64,000 nt of DNA, taken from an uncultured Flavobacteriales bacterium (GTDB lineage Bacteria > Bacteroidota > Bacteroidia > Flavobacteriales_D > Crocinitomicaceae). The first letter of the stretch is position 1; the number at the start of each line of letters is the position of its first letter. Under the pieces are notes generated by a model. The model was not told where the DNA came from. It worked only from the letters and a program-made list of their open reading frames with translations, and did no database searches. Positions 45,495 to 54,608 of the stretch are shown here, in pieces. The position numbers and the translations under genes are program-made. The DNA is taken from assembly GCA_938092255.1 (NCBI GenBank), contig CALKHF010000043.1, positions 73 through 64,072 on the forward strand, given 5' to 3'.

Positions 45495-48400
45495 TTAAAA
45501 AAAGGCACGTATTTCCATCCCACCTGTATGAATAATTCTTGTGTTTTCGGATTTTCTTCCAAGATACTGAAAGGTAATCTGCAAATTTTTGGAAACGGTT
45601 TTTTGGTATCCGACGGTCCAAGTATAATTGATGCCGGGCCTTAGCGCCTCAAGCATTTCAAAACCTATGGCGGAATTGACATTACCATCATATTCTATTT
45701 TGAGAACCTTAAACTCTCCCTGAAAGCTGCCTTTATCCGTTTGGTTGTACTTGAATGTGCTGCCCATGTCAATAATTTGACAAGCCTCTCCTGCTCCTCC
45801 AGAGATTACATTTTTCTTTGTCACACCCCGAGTTTCGAGGGTCAATCTGAAATTGGTCGAAGGCTGATAGCTGAGTGTGGACTTCAACCATTGATAATCT
45901 AAAGAATAATCTCGGCCAGAGGTATAATCAGCCAATACCTGCTTGACGCCTTGCTGTCCAACAAGTACAACGGCAAACTTCCGTGTTATGTTCCATCGCA
46001 AATTGAGCTCATTGTACCGATTGGTTCTCGAATCAAACCCGGAAGCGAGTAATGTTTTGGATTGATTCTGCTGAAAGGTATAACCTGCAGCAAATATCGA
46101 AGAGGTACGATTGAAAAAAAGTGCGTTACGAATGAAAGCATTGGTTGAAATCAATGCACTATCTGCCACTCTATTTTCAAATGGATTGAATACATTCCCG
46201 TTTTCTATACTGTTGGTCTTTTTATTGACACGAAAACGCGCCTGATCAGAAAACCTTGACATGAGCCCCAAAAAACCTTTCTTTTTAGACCAGATTCTTT
46301 CAGGTCTCCAATAAAAAGACTGGTTAAATTCATTGGAATAGGTATTGACATAGGTATTGCTCGGGACAAATACTCTTATGTAATCCGCCTGATCAACAAA
46401 CTGAGCGATTTCAAATTCGTTCAGGTCTTTGATGCCATCTTCGTTATAGTCTATCCAGGTATAAATCCCCTGCCCACTATTGACCTGAATATATAAGAAC
46501 TCTCGCTTTTGCTCAAGCCCCGAACCTACTTCATAAAAGGTAGACCATTGAAGTGCATTTTTCCAGGCTTTAAAATTGTATTCTACTCGTCCTATTAGAG
46601 AATTTTCGGGGTTTTGATTCATTAAAACAGTATCTAACACATCCAATGACCTATACCCTCCTATCAATCTCAGCTTTTGGTTTTTGAGTGAATTGAAATG
46701 AAGCTCTGCACCTGCAGTGGTGGCTTTTGCAGTTTTTTTAAGGGCTGAATTATCAATTCTTCTGTCGAAACGCTCTCGATAATAGATTTTATACTCAAAT
46801 TTACTTGTGTCGTGATTGGACACATAAAACTGGTAATCAAAAAATTCGTAGCTCGGATTAACAGCATTGGTATCACCCGTGTATATATTCCTTTCGTGGT
46901 CGTCTTTATAACCCAGTTTAAAAGGTCCTATGTTCTTGGATAGATTTAGACGATGTCTAAAAAAACTACTTTGACTTTCTGCCTGCGCGCTCAAATAACT
47001 TGCATCCCAATTGGCAGACCATCCCTCTTGTTTCCATTTTCCCAGTGAAAATATTCTATTCCCTTTGTAATCTTCTCCAACTCCAAAGTGCTGGGCATCT
47101 AAAGCCATTGACCCATATTTTTTATGACTGATTTTACTTCCCAGTGTGCCAATAAGCTGATAGCCCTTATAGCCTTTGTTTCGTGTATTCCAGTCTCGAT
47201 CAAACTCGACTGCCCTGTATTGCTGAATGGGTTGAAAAGAAGCCGATAAATATTCTATTTCGGCCTTGTTTTTTATGGTCCAAAGCGCAGTGCTGTCCGA
47301 GATCCCAAAATGCTTTGTGTTTAGCCAACGGGTTCGATTTGAGATGCCAATATTGTCATCAGAAGATAAAGATGAAAATGTATTCAGATCCTTATTGCTT
47401 AAAGCCCATTCGCTCTCAATAGAATTGTTTTTTGAATAGCTCCATTTAAACCCACTACTGATCATTTGCTGTTTTTTAGGTGTTATGATACTACGCGAAG
47501 GCACATGGTCGCCCTGAGATACGCCAGCAACTGGCGCCACCCATCGATATACCTTTCCGAGTGCATTGTACCCATCCAATACATAATCACCCTTACCAAT
47601 TCCTACATATTCAAAATATACCCGATAAAAAGCCGAGTCAGCATTAACACTAAACACCAGAACCGAATCTACCCCAAGTGAATCTATTAACTTGTAAAGG
47701 TTCTGATTGTCAAAATATCCAATAGAGTCAATGGAATTGATTTTAGCTAAATCCAAGCTGTCGCCTATTTGGGATAAATAAAATCGTTGATCGGGAGAAA
47801 TCTCCTGCTGTAAAGGTTGGTTTTTCGCATCCTGTTCACCATATAAATTGACCCAAAAGTCTAATTTTTCACTTTTAAAAACCAAAGACTCTTGTATCAA
47901 AGAACGCGCATAATTTTGATCCGAATATTGGAATTCGACCACTATACGTGTGTCCTTGGTAATTAAATTACGAGAAGTAAAGACGACCTCCGAAGAATTG
48001 TAATCTATGGTATAGTCAAACTCCTGACCTCTTTCCAAAAGCTTTCCATCAATGAAAACCTTTTCCGTTCCCGACAATACAATAATAAAGGGCTCGTTTT
48101 CTGCACCTACCAATCTGTAAGGGCCTTGATTCGCCTCAACTCCTTGGATGATTTGTCTATTAAACTTGCCTTTAGATAAAGCGCCACTGGTTTGAGTGCT
48201 CCATTCATTCTCTTTTGCCGTTTTCCATGTATAATTTATAGAAAGACCCTGTGCTCTTTTCCGGTAATTCATGAAATACCCCTTCGGTTTGGAAAGCCAA
48301 AAATCTCCTGCAATCAATTTAAATTGATCGTTATAAATCTGAATAAAAACCTTATCAAATTCCTGAAGCTTATTGGTGTTTCCGTCGGGCTGAATGGGAA

Positions 48401-48941
48401 TATTGGCATCTGAAACGGAAGCAAGCATTTTTAAATCCGGCGATATATTTCCTGATAGTTCAAGGTTTAAAGAAGAATTAATCCCTAAATCTTGATTGTT
48501 TCCAAAGGAAACTCCCCTAGAAATTGATCCATTCTTATTGAGCTGACTCCCCCCAAAAACATCTTGAACTGAATAAGAATTTTCAATCTTAAATAAATTG
48601 TAATTGTCCTTTTGTTCTGAATAAATCATACTTGTATCGCGAAGCTTGTATTGCTTAGAAAGATCGAATGGCAAGACCTTATATGTAAAAGTAAGGGTGT
48701 CATTAACGGGATTGTTTAGGACAAATAAAGCACTTGTAAAATCGAGTTTGTATTGAGTATTGGGTATTAAATCATCTTTATGATACACCTTAAACGAATT
48801 GGGGTAAATACTCAAGGTATCGAGATCAACTGAATCAGCTACAAAAATATTTTTGAGTCGTGAAGGGGAGCTTTGTGCCAACAAACCATGTTGAATCCAT
48901 ATGCACGCAAAGAAAATAAAAACGAACTTCATCCGAGACAT
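45495..48941 (-). CDS. Large (1148 aa) predicted outer-membrane beta-barrel protein of unknown function
   Basis: It has a signal peptide ending LLAQ, and is rich in Y/N/S/F strand-like repeats. The C-terminus ...GGMEIRAFF ends in an aromatic residue, typical of OMPs. I recognise no plug or POTRA motifs. Confidence 0.7.
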   Translation of the reverse strand: MSRMKFVFIFFACIWIQHGLLAQSSPSRLKNIFVADSVDLDTLSIYPNSFKVYHKDDLIPNTQYKLDFTSALFVLNNPVNDTLTFTYKVLPFDLSKQYKLRDTSMIYSEQKDNYNLFKIENSYSVQDVFGGSQLNKNGSISRGVSFGNNQDLGINSSLNLELSGNISPDLKMLASVSDANIPIQPDGNTNKLQEFDKVFIQIYNDQFKLIAGDFWLSKPKGYFMNYRKRAQGLSINYTWKTAKENEWSTQTSGALSKGKFNRQIIQGVEANQGPYRLVGAENEPFIIVLSGTEKVFIDGKLLERGQEFDYTIDYNSSEVVFTSRNLITKDTRIVVEFQYSDQNYARSLIQESLVFKSEKLDFWVNLYGEQDAKNQPLQQEISPDQRFYLSQIGDSLDLAKINSIDSIGYFDNQNLYKLIDSLGVDSVLVFSVNADSAFYRVYFEYVGIGKGDYVLDGYNALGKVYRWVAPVAGVSQGDHVPSRSIITPKKQQMISSGFKWSYSKNNSIESEWALSNKDLNTFSSLSSDDNIGISNRTRWLNTKHFGISDSTALWTIKNKAEIEYLSASFQPIQQYRAVEFDRDWNTRNKGYKGYQLIGTLGSKISHKKYGSMALDAQHFGVGEDYKGNRIFSLGKWKQEGWSANWDASYLSAQAESQSSFFRHRLNLSKNIGPFKLGYKDDHERNIYTGDTNAVNPSYEFFDYQFYVSNHDTSKFEYKIYYRERFDRRIDNSALKKTAKATTAGAELHFNSLKNQKLRLIGGYRSLDVLDTVLMNQNPENSLIGRVEYNFKAWKNALQWSTFYEVGSGLEQKREFLYIQVNSGQGIYTWIDYNEDGIKDLNEFEIAQFVDQADYIRVFVPSNTYVNTYSNEFNQSFYWRPERIWSKKKGFLGLMSRFSDQARFRVNKKTNSIENGNVFNPFENRVADSALISTNAFIRNALFFNRTSSIFAAGYTFQQNQSKTLLASGFDSRTNRYNELNLRWNITRKFAVVLVGQQGVKQVLADYTSGRDYSLDYQWLKSTLSYQPSTNFRLTLETRGVTKKNVISGGAGEACQIIDMGSTFKYNQTDKGSFQGEFKVLKIEYDGNVNSAIGFEMLEALRPGINYTWTVGYQKTVSKNLQITFQYLGRKSENTRIIHTGGMEIRAFF

Positions 48942-49005
48942 CTTAATAAAGATACAGCCTTGTATTTAAAAACGCTACTTTAAGGATTCCATTGTCCTTA
49001 TTTGT

Positions 49006-49671
49006 TTATGTTTTGAAAATTTCTTGAAGTAAAAGCTTTAGCTCATCAATGGTGCCATTCCGAAGTGTGAAATCTGCACTATACCCGTGCTGTTCTAGGC
49101 TGTTATAGGAAGCCTTGCCCCAGACTACAATCTTACTTCCGGATTTTGGTATATTCATTTTAAAAAATGAATCAATATTACTTGGACTGCTAAATACATA
49201 TAAATCACAGGGTTCAATTTCAATTGACTGAAATAATGTTCGATATACCTCTATAGTAGAGTACTGCTTTTCCTTTAGGAATTTGGTGACAGATAAGGCA
49301 GAAAGATTAGAATGAGGCACCAGTACTTTTCTTTGACCGAGCCAAGATGAAAAATCTTTCGCGACATCTTCAGGGGTTCCGGCATTTTCAGCCACATAGT
49401 CCGAGGAATAACCCAAACTACGAAGACGCTTTTCAGTTTGTGCACCATTAGATGCCAACACATATGCTGACAAATCGATTTGACCAGAATCTAGTACATA
49501 CTTTGCCGCTCGAATGCTCGGAAAAAAAATGACGTCAAATGCAGAAGTTGAATGAAATGGTGTGGCCTCAAATCCAATAAGAGAACGACAGATCCCCGCA
49601 ACATTTACTTCCTTTAAAAAAGATGGAATTTCTTCCAATTCTGATTCATCCTTGGAAATAAAAATGATCAT
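49006..49671 (-). CDS. hemD: Uroporphyrinogen-III synthase
   Basis: 221 aa. The assignment rests mainly on size and position: a 1-nt TAATG overlap after hemC within the hemA-hemC-hemD string. Family conservation is weak, so motif support is limited. Confidence 0.68.
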   Translation of the reverse strand: MIIFISKDESELEEIPSFLKEVNVAGICRSLIGFEATPFHSTSAFDVIFFPSIRAAKYVLDSGQIDLSAYVLASNGAQTEKRLRSLGYSSDYVAENAGTPEDVAKDFSSWLGQRKVLVPHSNLSALSVTKFLKEKQYSTIEVYRTLFQSIEIEPCDLYVFSSPSNIDSFFKMNIPKSGSKIVVWGKASYNSLEQHGYSADFTLRNGTIDELKLLLQEIFKT

Positions 49672-50567
49672 TACACCTGCTGGTGTTGAAGATGTTCGAC
49701 AATCTTGGCAGGAAAATCCGGAGACTCTTTGTATGGAAATCTAAAATACCGAGAAGCATGAAGTGCATAATCTGAGTATGAAACATGAACATATTTATTG
49801 TCGCAGTAGACTCCAAGGGGCAGTTGACAACCTCCGTCCATAAGCCGCATGACTTCTCTTTCAAGATGCACAAGCTTTTGTACCCCGGCATCATTGATTT
49901 TTTGAAGGATGGCATTAAGGGCTTTATCCTGTTCACGGATCTGCAATGCAAGGACTCCTTGTGCAGGTGCTGGCACAAATTCATCAGGAGTTAGTTCTAC
50001 TGTAACCAAGTCCGAAAGATCCAAATTCAAGCGTTCAACCCCCGCCTTTGCCAATAAAATGGCATCGTAATCTCCCGATTTTAATTTTTCTATTCGAGTT
50101 GGAACATTCCCTCTCAAATCTTTAATCTCAACATCTAATCTTAAAGCCAATAACTGAGATTTTCTTCGGGCAGCCGAAGTCCCAACAACGGCATTCTTCT
50201 TCAACTCCCACAAAGCATTTGACTCATGTGCAGATTTCCTTATTAGCAAAAGCTCACAGGGATTTGCGCGTTCCGAAACCGCGGCGATCTTTAATCCCTC
50301 TGGAGGAGTCGTTTCTAAATCTTTGTGTGAATGAACCGCAATATCTATATCGTGATTCAATAAAGCGACCTCAATTTCTTTGGTGAAAAACCCTTTCCCT
50401 TCCATCTTATCAAAGCTCAATTCTTGGATCCGATCTCCTCTTGTTTTGATGATTTGAATATTTACATTTTGACCTATCGATTCAAGCTGTGCCTTCACGT
50501 GATTTGCCTGCCACAAGGCCAGATCACTTCCTCTCGTGCCTATTGTAATTGTTTTAGCTTTAAGCAT
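49671..50567 (-). CDS. hemC: Hydroxymethylbilane synthase (porphobilinogen deaminase)
   Basis: 298 aa. Conserved blocks are IGTRGSDLALWQANHV, IIKTRGD, SHKDLET and GNVPTRIEKL. Confidence 0.92.
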   Translation of the reverse strand: MLKAKTITIGTRGSDLALWQANHVKAQLESIGQNVNIQIIKTRGDRIQELSFDKMEGKGFFTKEIEVALLNHDIDIAVHSHKDLETTPPEGLKIAAVSERANPCELLLIRKSAHESNALWELKKNAVVGTSAARRKSQLLALRLDVEIKDLRGNVPTRIEKLKSGDYDAILLAKAGVERLNLDLSDLVTVELTPDEFVPAPAQGVLALQIREQDKALNAILQKINDAGVQKLVHLEREVMRLMDGGCQLPLGVYCDNKYVHVSYSDYALHASRYFRFPYKESPDFPAKIVEHLQHQQV

Positions 50568-51819
50568 TGTTTTTGAGAATAATTTCTTTTGCCAATTTCA
50601 TTGGGCCACTGATGTATTTCTTTTCTACGTAACCCAATACCTTATCAAACACCTCGCGTGTTTCCGCATCCATATTTTCAATGTCGGATTTGAAAACCTC
50701 GGAAACTGCAGTCCTTCTAATTTCTTTGATTTGTTCGGGCACTTCTTTCATGGCGAGTTCAACATTTCGTTCTTTTGTCAGCTGCGTAAATGCAATAAGC
50801 GCCTGTTCTAAAAATTTTTCTACCTGACGGACCTCCTCCCCTCTAATCTTTAAGTTGTCATCAGATATCTTTTGAAGATAATCAATTGACACATAATTGG
50901 TTTCAAATGAATCAATGACATTTGGATCAATATCCGAAGGTATGGCAATATCAATAATGGTTTTCCGTTCTTTATCTCCATTTAAAAGAGCCTGATAAAT
51001 ATTTACATCTATTATGTGTTTATCCGCACCAGTGCAAGTCAGTAAAACATCAAAACCTCCTCTATAATTTTTTAATTCTGTAAGAGCAAAAGCTTCTCCT
51101 CCAATATCAATGGAAAGCTTATTCGCATTATCTACTGAACGGTTAAAAACGACAAAATTACTATAGCCATGTTTTTTCAAAAACTTACACATGGTGGTAT
51201 TGGTTAGACCTGCACCAACAATTAGAATTCGTGCATCTAAAGAAATAGATAGACTCTTGAGCTTATGATAAGCCAAAGAAACAACGGATACAGGTTTTTT
51301 TGCAATATTTGTTTCGGTATATACCTTTTTAGCCGTTTCAATTACTTTCCTAGTTAAAAGCCGAATAAAATCTCCTGTTAGACCATGAGATCTCGAAGTC
51401 TCATAAGCACTTCTTACCTGAGTAATAATCTCTCGTTCTCCAACAATCATCGAGTCAATTGATGAAGCAACAGATAGCGCATGTTTAACGGCGCGAGCTT
51501 CATTAAAAACTTCAGATTTATCACAAAGTACTTTTTGATTTTCAGCACTTAACTCAGGGTACAAAACAGCCAATAATTCTTTAGTGGTTATGTTTTGATC
51601 TGAAACGATGGTAAATTCAACACGATTACATGTAGAAAGAAACATCATTTCCTTAAATCCAAAATGCAATTTTGCAGAACCTAAACGTTTGTCTTGATCT
51701 GCTGCATCTATATGCAATAACCCTATTTGATTTACATCTAGGTTATGATGGGTAAAAGCGTGGATATATAATGTCTCTAACACGTATAATTTAAATACTG
51801 AACAAATATCGGCAGTCAC
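50560..51819 (-). CDS. hemA: Glutamyl-tRNA reductase
   Basis: 419 aa. The catalytic-Cys motif is LSTCNRVEF and the NADPH site is LIVGAGLTN. The start is uncertain: GTG at 51819 or GTG at 51783. Confidence 0.9.
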   Translation of the reverse strand: MTADICSVFKLYVLETLYIHAFTHHNLDVNQIGLLHIDAADQDKRLGSAKLHFGFKEMMFLSTCNRVEFTIVSDQNITTKELLAVLYPELSAENQKVLCDKSEVFNEARAVKHALSVASSIDSMIVGEREIITQVRSAYETSRSHGLTGDFIRLLTRKVIETAKKVYTETNIAKKPVSVVSLAYHKLKSLSISLDARILIVGAGLTNTTMCKFLKKHGYSNFVVFNRSVDNANKLSIDIGGEAFALTELKNYRGGFDVLLTCTGADKHIIDVNIYQALLNGDKERKTIIDIAIPSDIDPNVIDSFETNYVSIDYLQKISDDNLKIRGEEVRQVEKFLEQALIAFTQLTKERNVELAMKEVPEQIKEIRRTAVSEVFKSDIENMDAETREVFDKVLGYVEKKYISGPMKLAKEIILKNNA

Positions 51820-51828
51820 CTAGAAAAT

Positions 51829-51855
51829 ATTGTCATAATATTGTCATAATGACAA
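51829..51855. promoter_or_regulatory. Candidate operator: 11-bp direct repeat ATTGTCATAAT x2 overlapping a 7-1-7 palindrome TTGTCAT-A-ATGACAA
   Basis: Read directly from the sequence. The direct repeats are 51829..51839 and 51840..51850, and the perfect palindrome is 51841..51855. It lies in the 79-nt divergent hemA / HAD-hydrolase intergenic region. Its function is inferred. Confidence 0.35.
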
Positions 51856-51898
51856 ATTAATTCCATATTTATTATAACTCTCAATAAAAGTTCCTTCT

Positions 51899-52516
51899 AT
51901 GAAAAAAATCACGGCCTATTTATTTGACCTCGGAGGAGTAATTGTTGATGTTAATTACGAAAAAACGATTTCTGAATTTTCGAATTTGGGAGTGAATAAT
52001 GCCCGTGATTTATATAATCAATTCAACCAAAGTGGATTATTTGACAACTATGAAAAAGGCGATTGCAGCAGTAATTATTTTGTTGATCAACTCAAAACAA
52101 AAACTAAAAATGGAGTCAAAGAAAATCAAATTATTAATGCTTGGAATGCTATGATTGGTGAATTCCACGTTGAAAAACTTGACTTTATAGCTGATTTATC
52201 TTCTCAAAAGCCGTGCTACCTTTTAAGCAATACAAATGAAATTCACCTTAAAAAAGTGATGGAAAACTTAAGTAAAACACCATATAAAACATTAGACTCT
52301 CTTTTTAAAAAATGCTATTATTCACATCTTATTGGGAAAAGAAAACCCGAAACAGATACCTTCAAATGGGTAATAAAGCAAATGGGGAGAACTCCTGAAG
52401 AAACGCTATTTATTGATGATTCACCTCAGCATATTGAAGGGGCAAAAAGTGCAGGATTACAAACTGTGTTTTATCAAAAAAAAGAGGATTTATTCATGTT
52501 AAAAGATTTAAGCTAA
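51899..52516 (+). CDS. HAD-superfamily hydrolase (subfamily IA-like)
   Basis: 205 aa. Motif I is LFDLGGV, motif II is LLSNT, and motifs III/IV are KRKPE ... FIDDS. Confidence 0.8.
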   Translation: MKKITAYLFDLGGVIVDVNYEKTISEFSNLGVNNARDLYNQFNQSGLFDNYEKGDCSSNYFVDQLKTKTKNGVKENQIINAWNAMIGEFHVEKLDFIADLSSQKPCYLLSNTNEIHLKKVMENLSKTPYKTLDSLFKKCYYSHLIGKRKPETDTFKWVIKQMGRTPEETLFIDDSPQHIEGAKSAGLQTVFYQKKEDLFMLKDLS

Positions 52517-52518
52517 AT

Positions 52519-54573
52519 TCATCGAATTAGATGAATGAACCCTTGCTTCATACCATCTTCGTATATCAATTTATACGAATAAACACCTTGCATTAGGGAT
52601 GAGCCATCTAAAGAATTCCCAGCAAATGGCACCTCATTTTCTTTATGGGTATAAACCATATTTCCCCAACGATCAAAATACATTACTTCATATGCATTAC
52701 AAGTTTTGAAATATCCCTCTAAATCAAAGACATCGTTGGAATTATCATTGTTCGGAGTAAGAACATTAGGGAATGTAAAATCGTTAAAGGAATAAATATT
52801 AATGATTTCCAAATCACTAAATGATAGTGGTGATTCACATCCATTGACAGTAACCATCACAGAGTATGTTCCCATATCATTTATTACGGCTGAAAAAAAC
52901 AAAGATTCTTCTTCTGAAGTGAATCCATTAGGACCTGACCAAGTGTAAATGGCATCAGCGGTCGTGTTTACGGAAAGTTCAAAAACATCTCCTGGACATT
53001 CCAATGGACTGTTTGAAGAAATGATTGGAGCGCTAGGTATGGGATGTACAATAAGCTCATAGGTAATTATTGAGTCGCAACCGAGAGTCGTAAACAAATT
53101 AAAAGGGTAGGTTCCAGTAGTATTCATGGTTAGGCCTTCATACGTTATTGATTCCCCATCACAAATCGCTGTGTCAATTACAAACGAATAGGAGGGATTT
53201 ACGGTCAGTTCAAGCTGAACAATAGAGTCACATCCTGCAACAGACTGAAGATTTTGAATGTAAACACCTGAGGTGTTGAGCTCTTCTGTTCCAAATTGGA
53301 ATGTTTCGTTTGAACATATCGTGTCAATAATATTAATATCATACGTTTCATTAACAACAATAGTGGTGCTCGTAGTATCACTATAACATCCATCTACTTC
53401 TAAATAAATAGAATAGTCTCCTGAGCTGGAATTGGACAAATTAGGAATAAAAGTATTGAACAAACCTGAAGTAAAACCATTCGGTCCTTGCCAAAAGTAT
53501 GAAGCATCCGTGACTTCAGTGGTGGATAAGAAAAGTGTATCCGTACTGCAAATAGGGTCATTGGTATTGATATCTGGTGAGGGAACCGGTGATGGCTCCA
53601 AAATCTCAACTGGTGTTATTTCTTCACAAGCACCATCCCGAATATAAACGTCATAATTTCCTGGACCCAATTCGTCAAAACTTGAAGTTGCAGAATATGT
53701 AATCCCATCCAAAGAATACTCGAGATCATTACCTATTGCTAAAATTTCTATCTCACCATTGTCATAACCAAAGCATGTGACATCGGTTTTTGTAACTGAA
53801 ATAACCTCAAAAGGAATAAACAAGGGCGATTCTGCATCAAAAGCAGGAGTACCTTCCGGGCTGCCATCAAATCCAGGATAACCTTGAGCATTATCGTAAT
53901 CATTATCAAATTTATAATATGCTTTTAAATCTGGTTCATTTGTAGGATCTAACAATAAATTCATATTGAGCTTAATTTCTAACTCAGTCCTGGCTGTTTC
54001 CCATATTCGAACTTCGTCTATTCTACCCCTAAACTGTTCTGGACCTGTTGGCCAATTGGCCTTGTTTCCTATCGCAGCATCCCAATTATTTATAATAATG
54101 TCACCCGATGCAGGAATTTCATTGACCAAACAACCATCAACATAATATTTAATAGAAGAGCCATCATAAGTAGCAGCAAGGTGATACCAAGTATTGGTGC
54201 TAAGAGTAAAGGTGTTCAGGCAGATATAGAAATCATTAGTTGTTGAAATTTGGAAGCTATTGGGACGAAGGAGATAATTGCAGTCATCTGTCCCCTCATG
54301 CTTCGAAACAATATTCATATTGTTTTGTCTACGCATCTTTGCCTCAATGGTAATTTGATTTCCACTTACATCTACATCACCAATATTTACCCATTTCTGT
54401 CCGGAACCTTCAATATTCAAAGAATTTTGAGCCCTCAATGAAGACACCAATGCTGTAAGTAAAATCAATAGTGTAAAAATGTACCGCTGAAAAAGGAATT
54501 TAGAAATAAGGTTTTTCAAATCAGTAATTTTAGTACTATTTAATAGACACATTTGAGGCATTAAAAGTTGCAC
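52519..54573 (-). CDS. T9SS type B CTD cargo protein with LamG (Laminin_G_3) head
   Basis: 684 aa. The LamG-like block reads WYHLAATYDGSSIKYYVDG...FRGRIDEVRIWETAR. Two Cys-repeat units follow (..GCDSIVQLELTVNP, ..GCDSIITYELIVHP), then an Ig-like module (YTWSGPNGF). The type B CTD reads FPNVLTPNNDNSNDVF...GVYSYKL...GFIHLIR. The exact start is uncertain (M1/M5/M8). Confidence 0.85.
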   Translation of the reverse strand: MQLLMPQMCLLNSTKITDLKNLISKFLFQRYIFTLLILLTALVSSLRAQNSLNIEGSGQKWVNIGDVDVSGNQITIEAKMRRQNNMNIVSKHEGTDDCNYLLRPNSFQISTTNDFYICLNTFTLSTNTWYHLAATYDGSSIKYYVDGCLVNEIPASGDIIINNWDAAIGNKANWPTGPEQFRGRIDEVRIWETARTELEIKLNMNLLLDPTNEPDLKAYYKFDNDYDNAQGYPGFDGSPEGTPAFDAESPLFIPFEVISVTKTDVTCFGYDNGEIEILAIGNDLEYSLDGITYSATSSFDELGPGNYDVYIRDGACEEITPVEILEPSPVPSPDINTNDPICSTDTLFLSTTEVTDASYFWQGPNGFTSGLFNTFIPNLSNSSSGDYSIYLEVDGCYSDTTSTTIVVNETYDINIIDTICSNETFQFGTEELNTSGVYIQNLQSVAGCDSIVQLELTVNPSYSFVIDTAICDGESITYEGLTMNTTGTYPFNLFTTLGCDSIITYELIVHPIPSAPIISSNSPLECPGDVFELSVNTTADAIYTWSGPNGFTSEEESLFFSAVINDMGTYSVMVTVNGCESPLSFSDLEIINIYSFNDFTFPNVLTPNNDNSNDVFDLEGYFKTCNAYEVMYFDRWGNMVYTHKENEVPFAGNSLDGSSLMQGVYSYKLIYEDGMKQGFIHLIR

Positions 54574-54608
54574 TAAATTACATAATAATACGAAACAAAA
54601 GGATTTGC

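Noticed and set aside
49646-49984. 112-aa minus-strand ORF overlapping the hemC/hemD junction in another frame
   Set aside because: hemC and hemD frames account for the region and carry conserved motifs. The alternative frame has an odd Cys/His/Met-rich composition.
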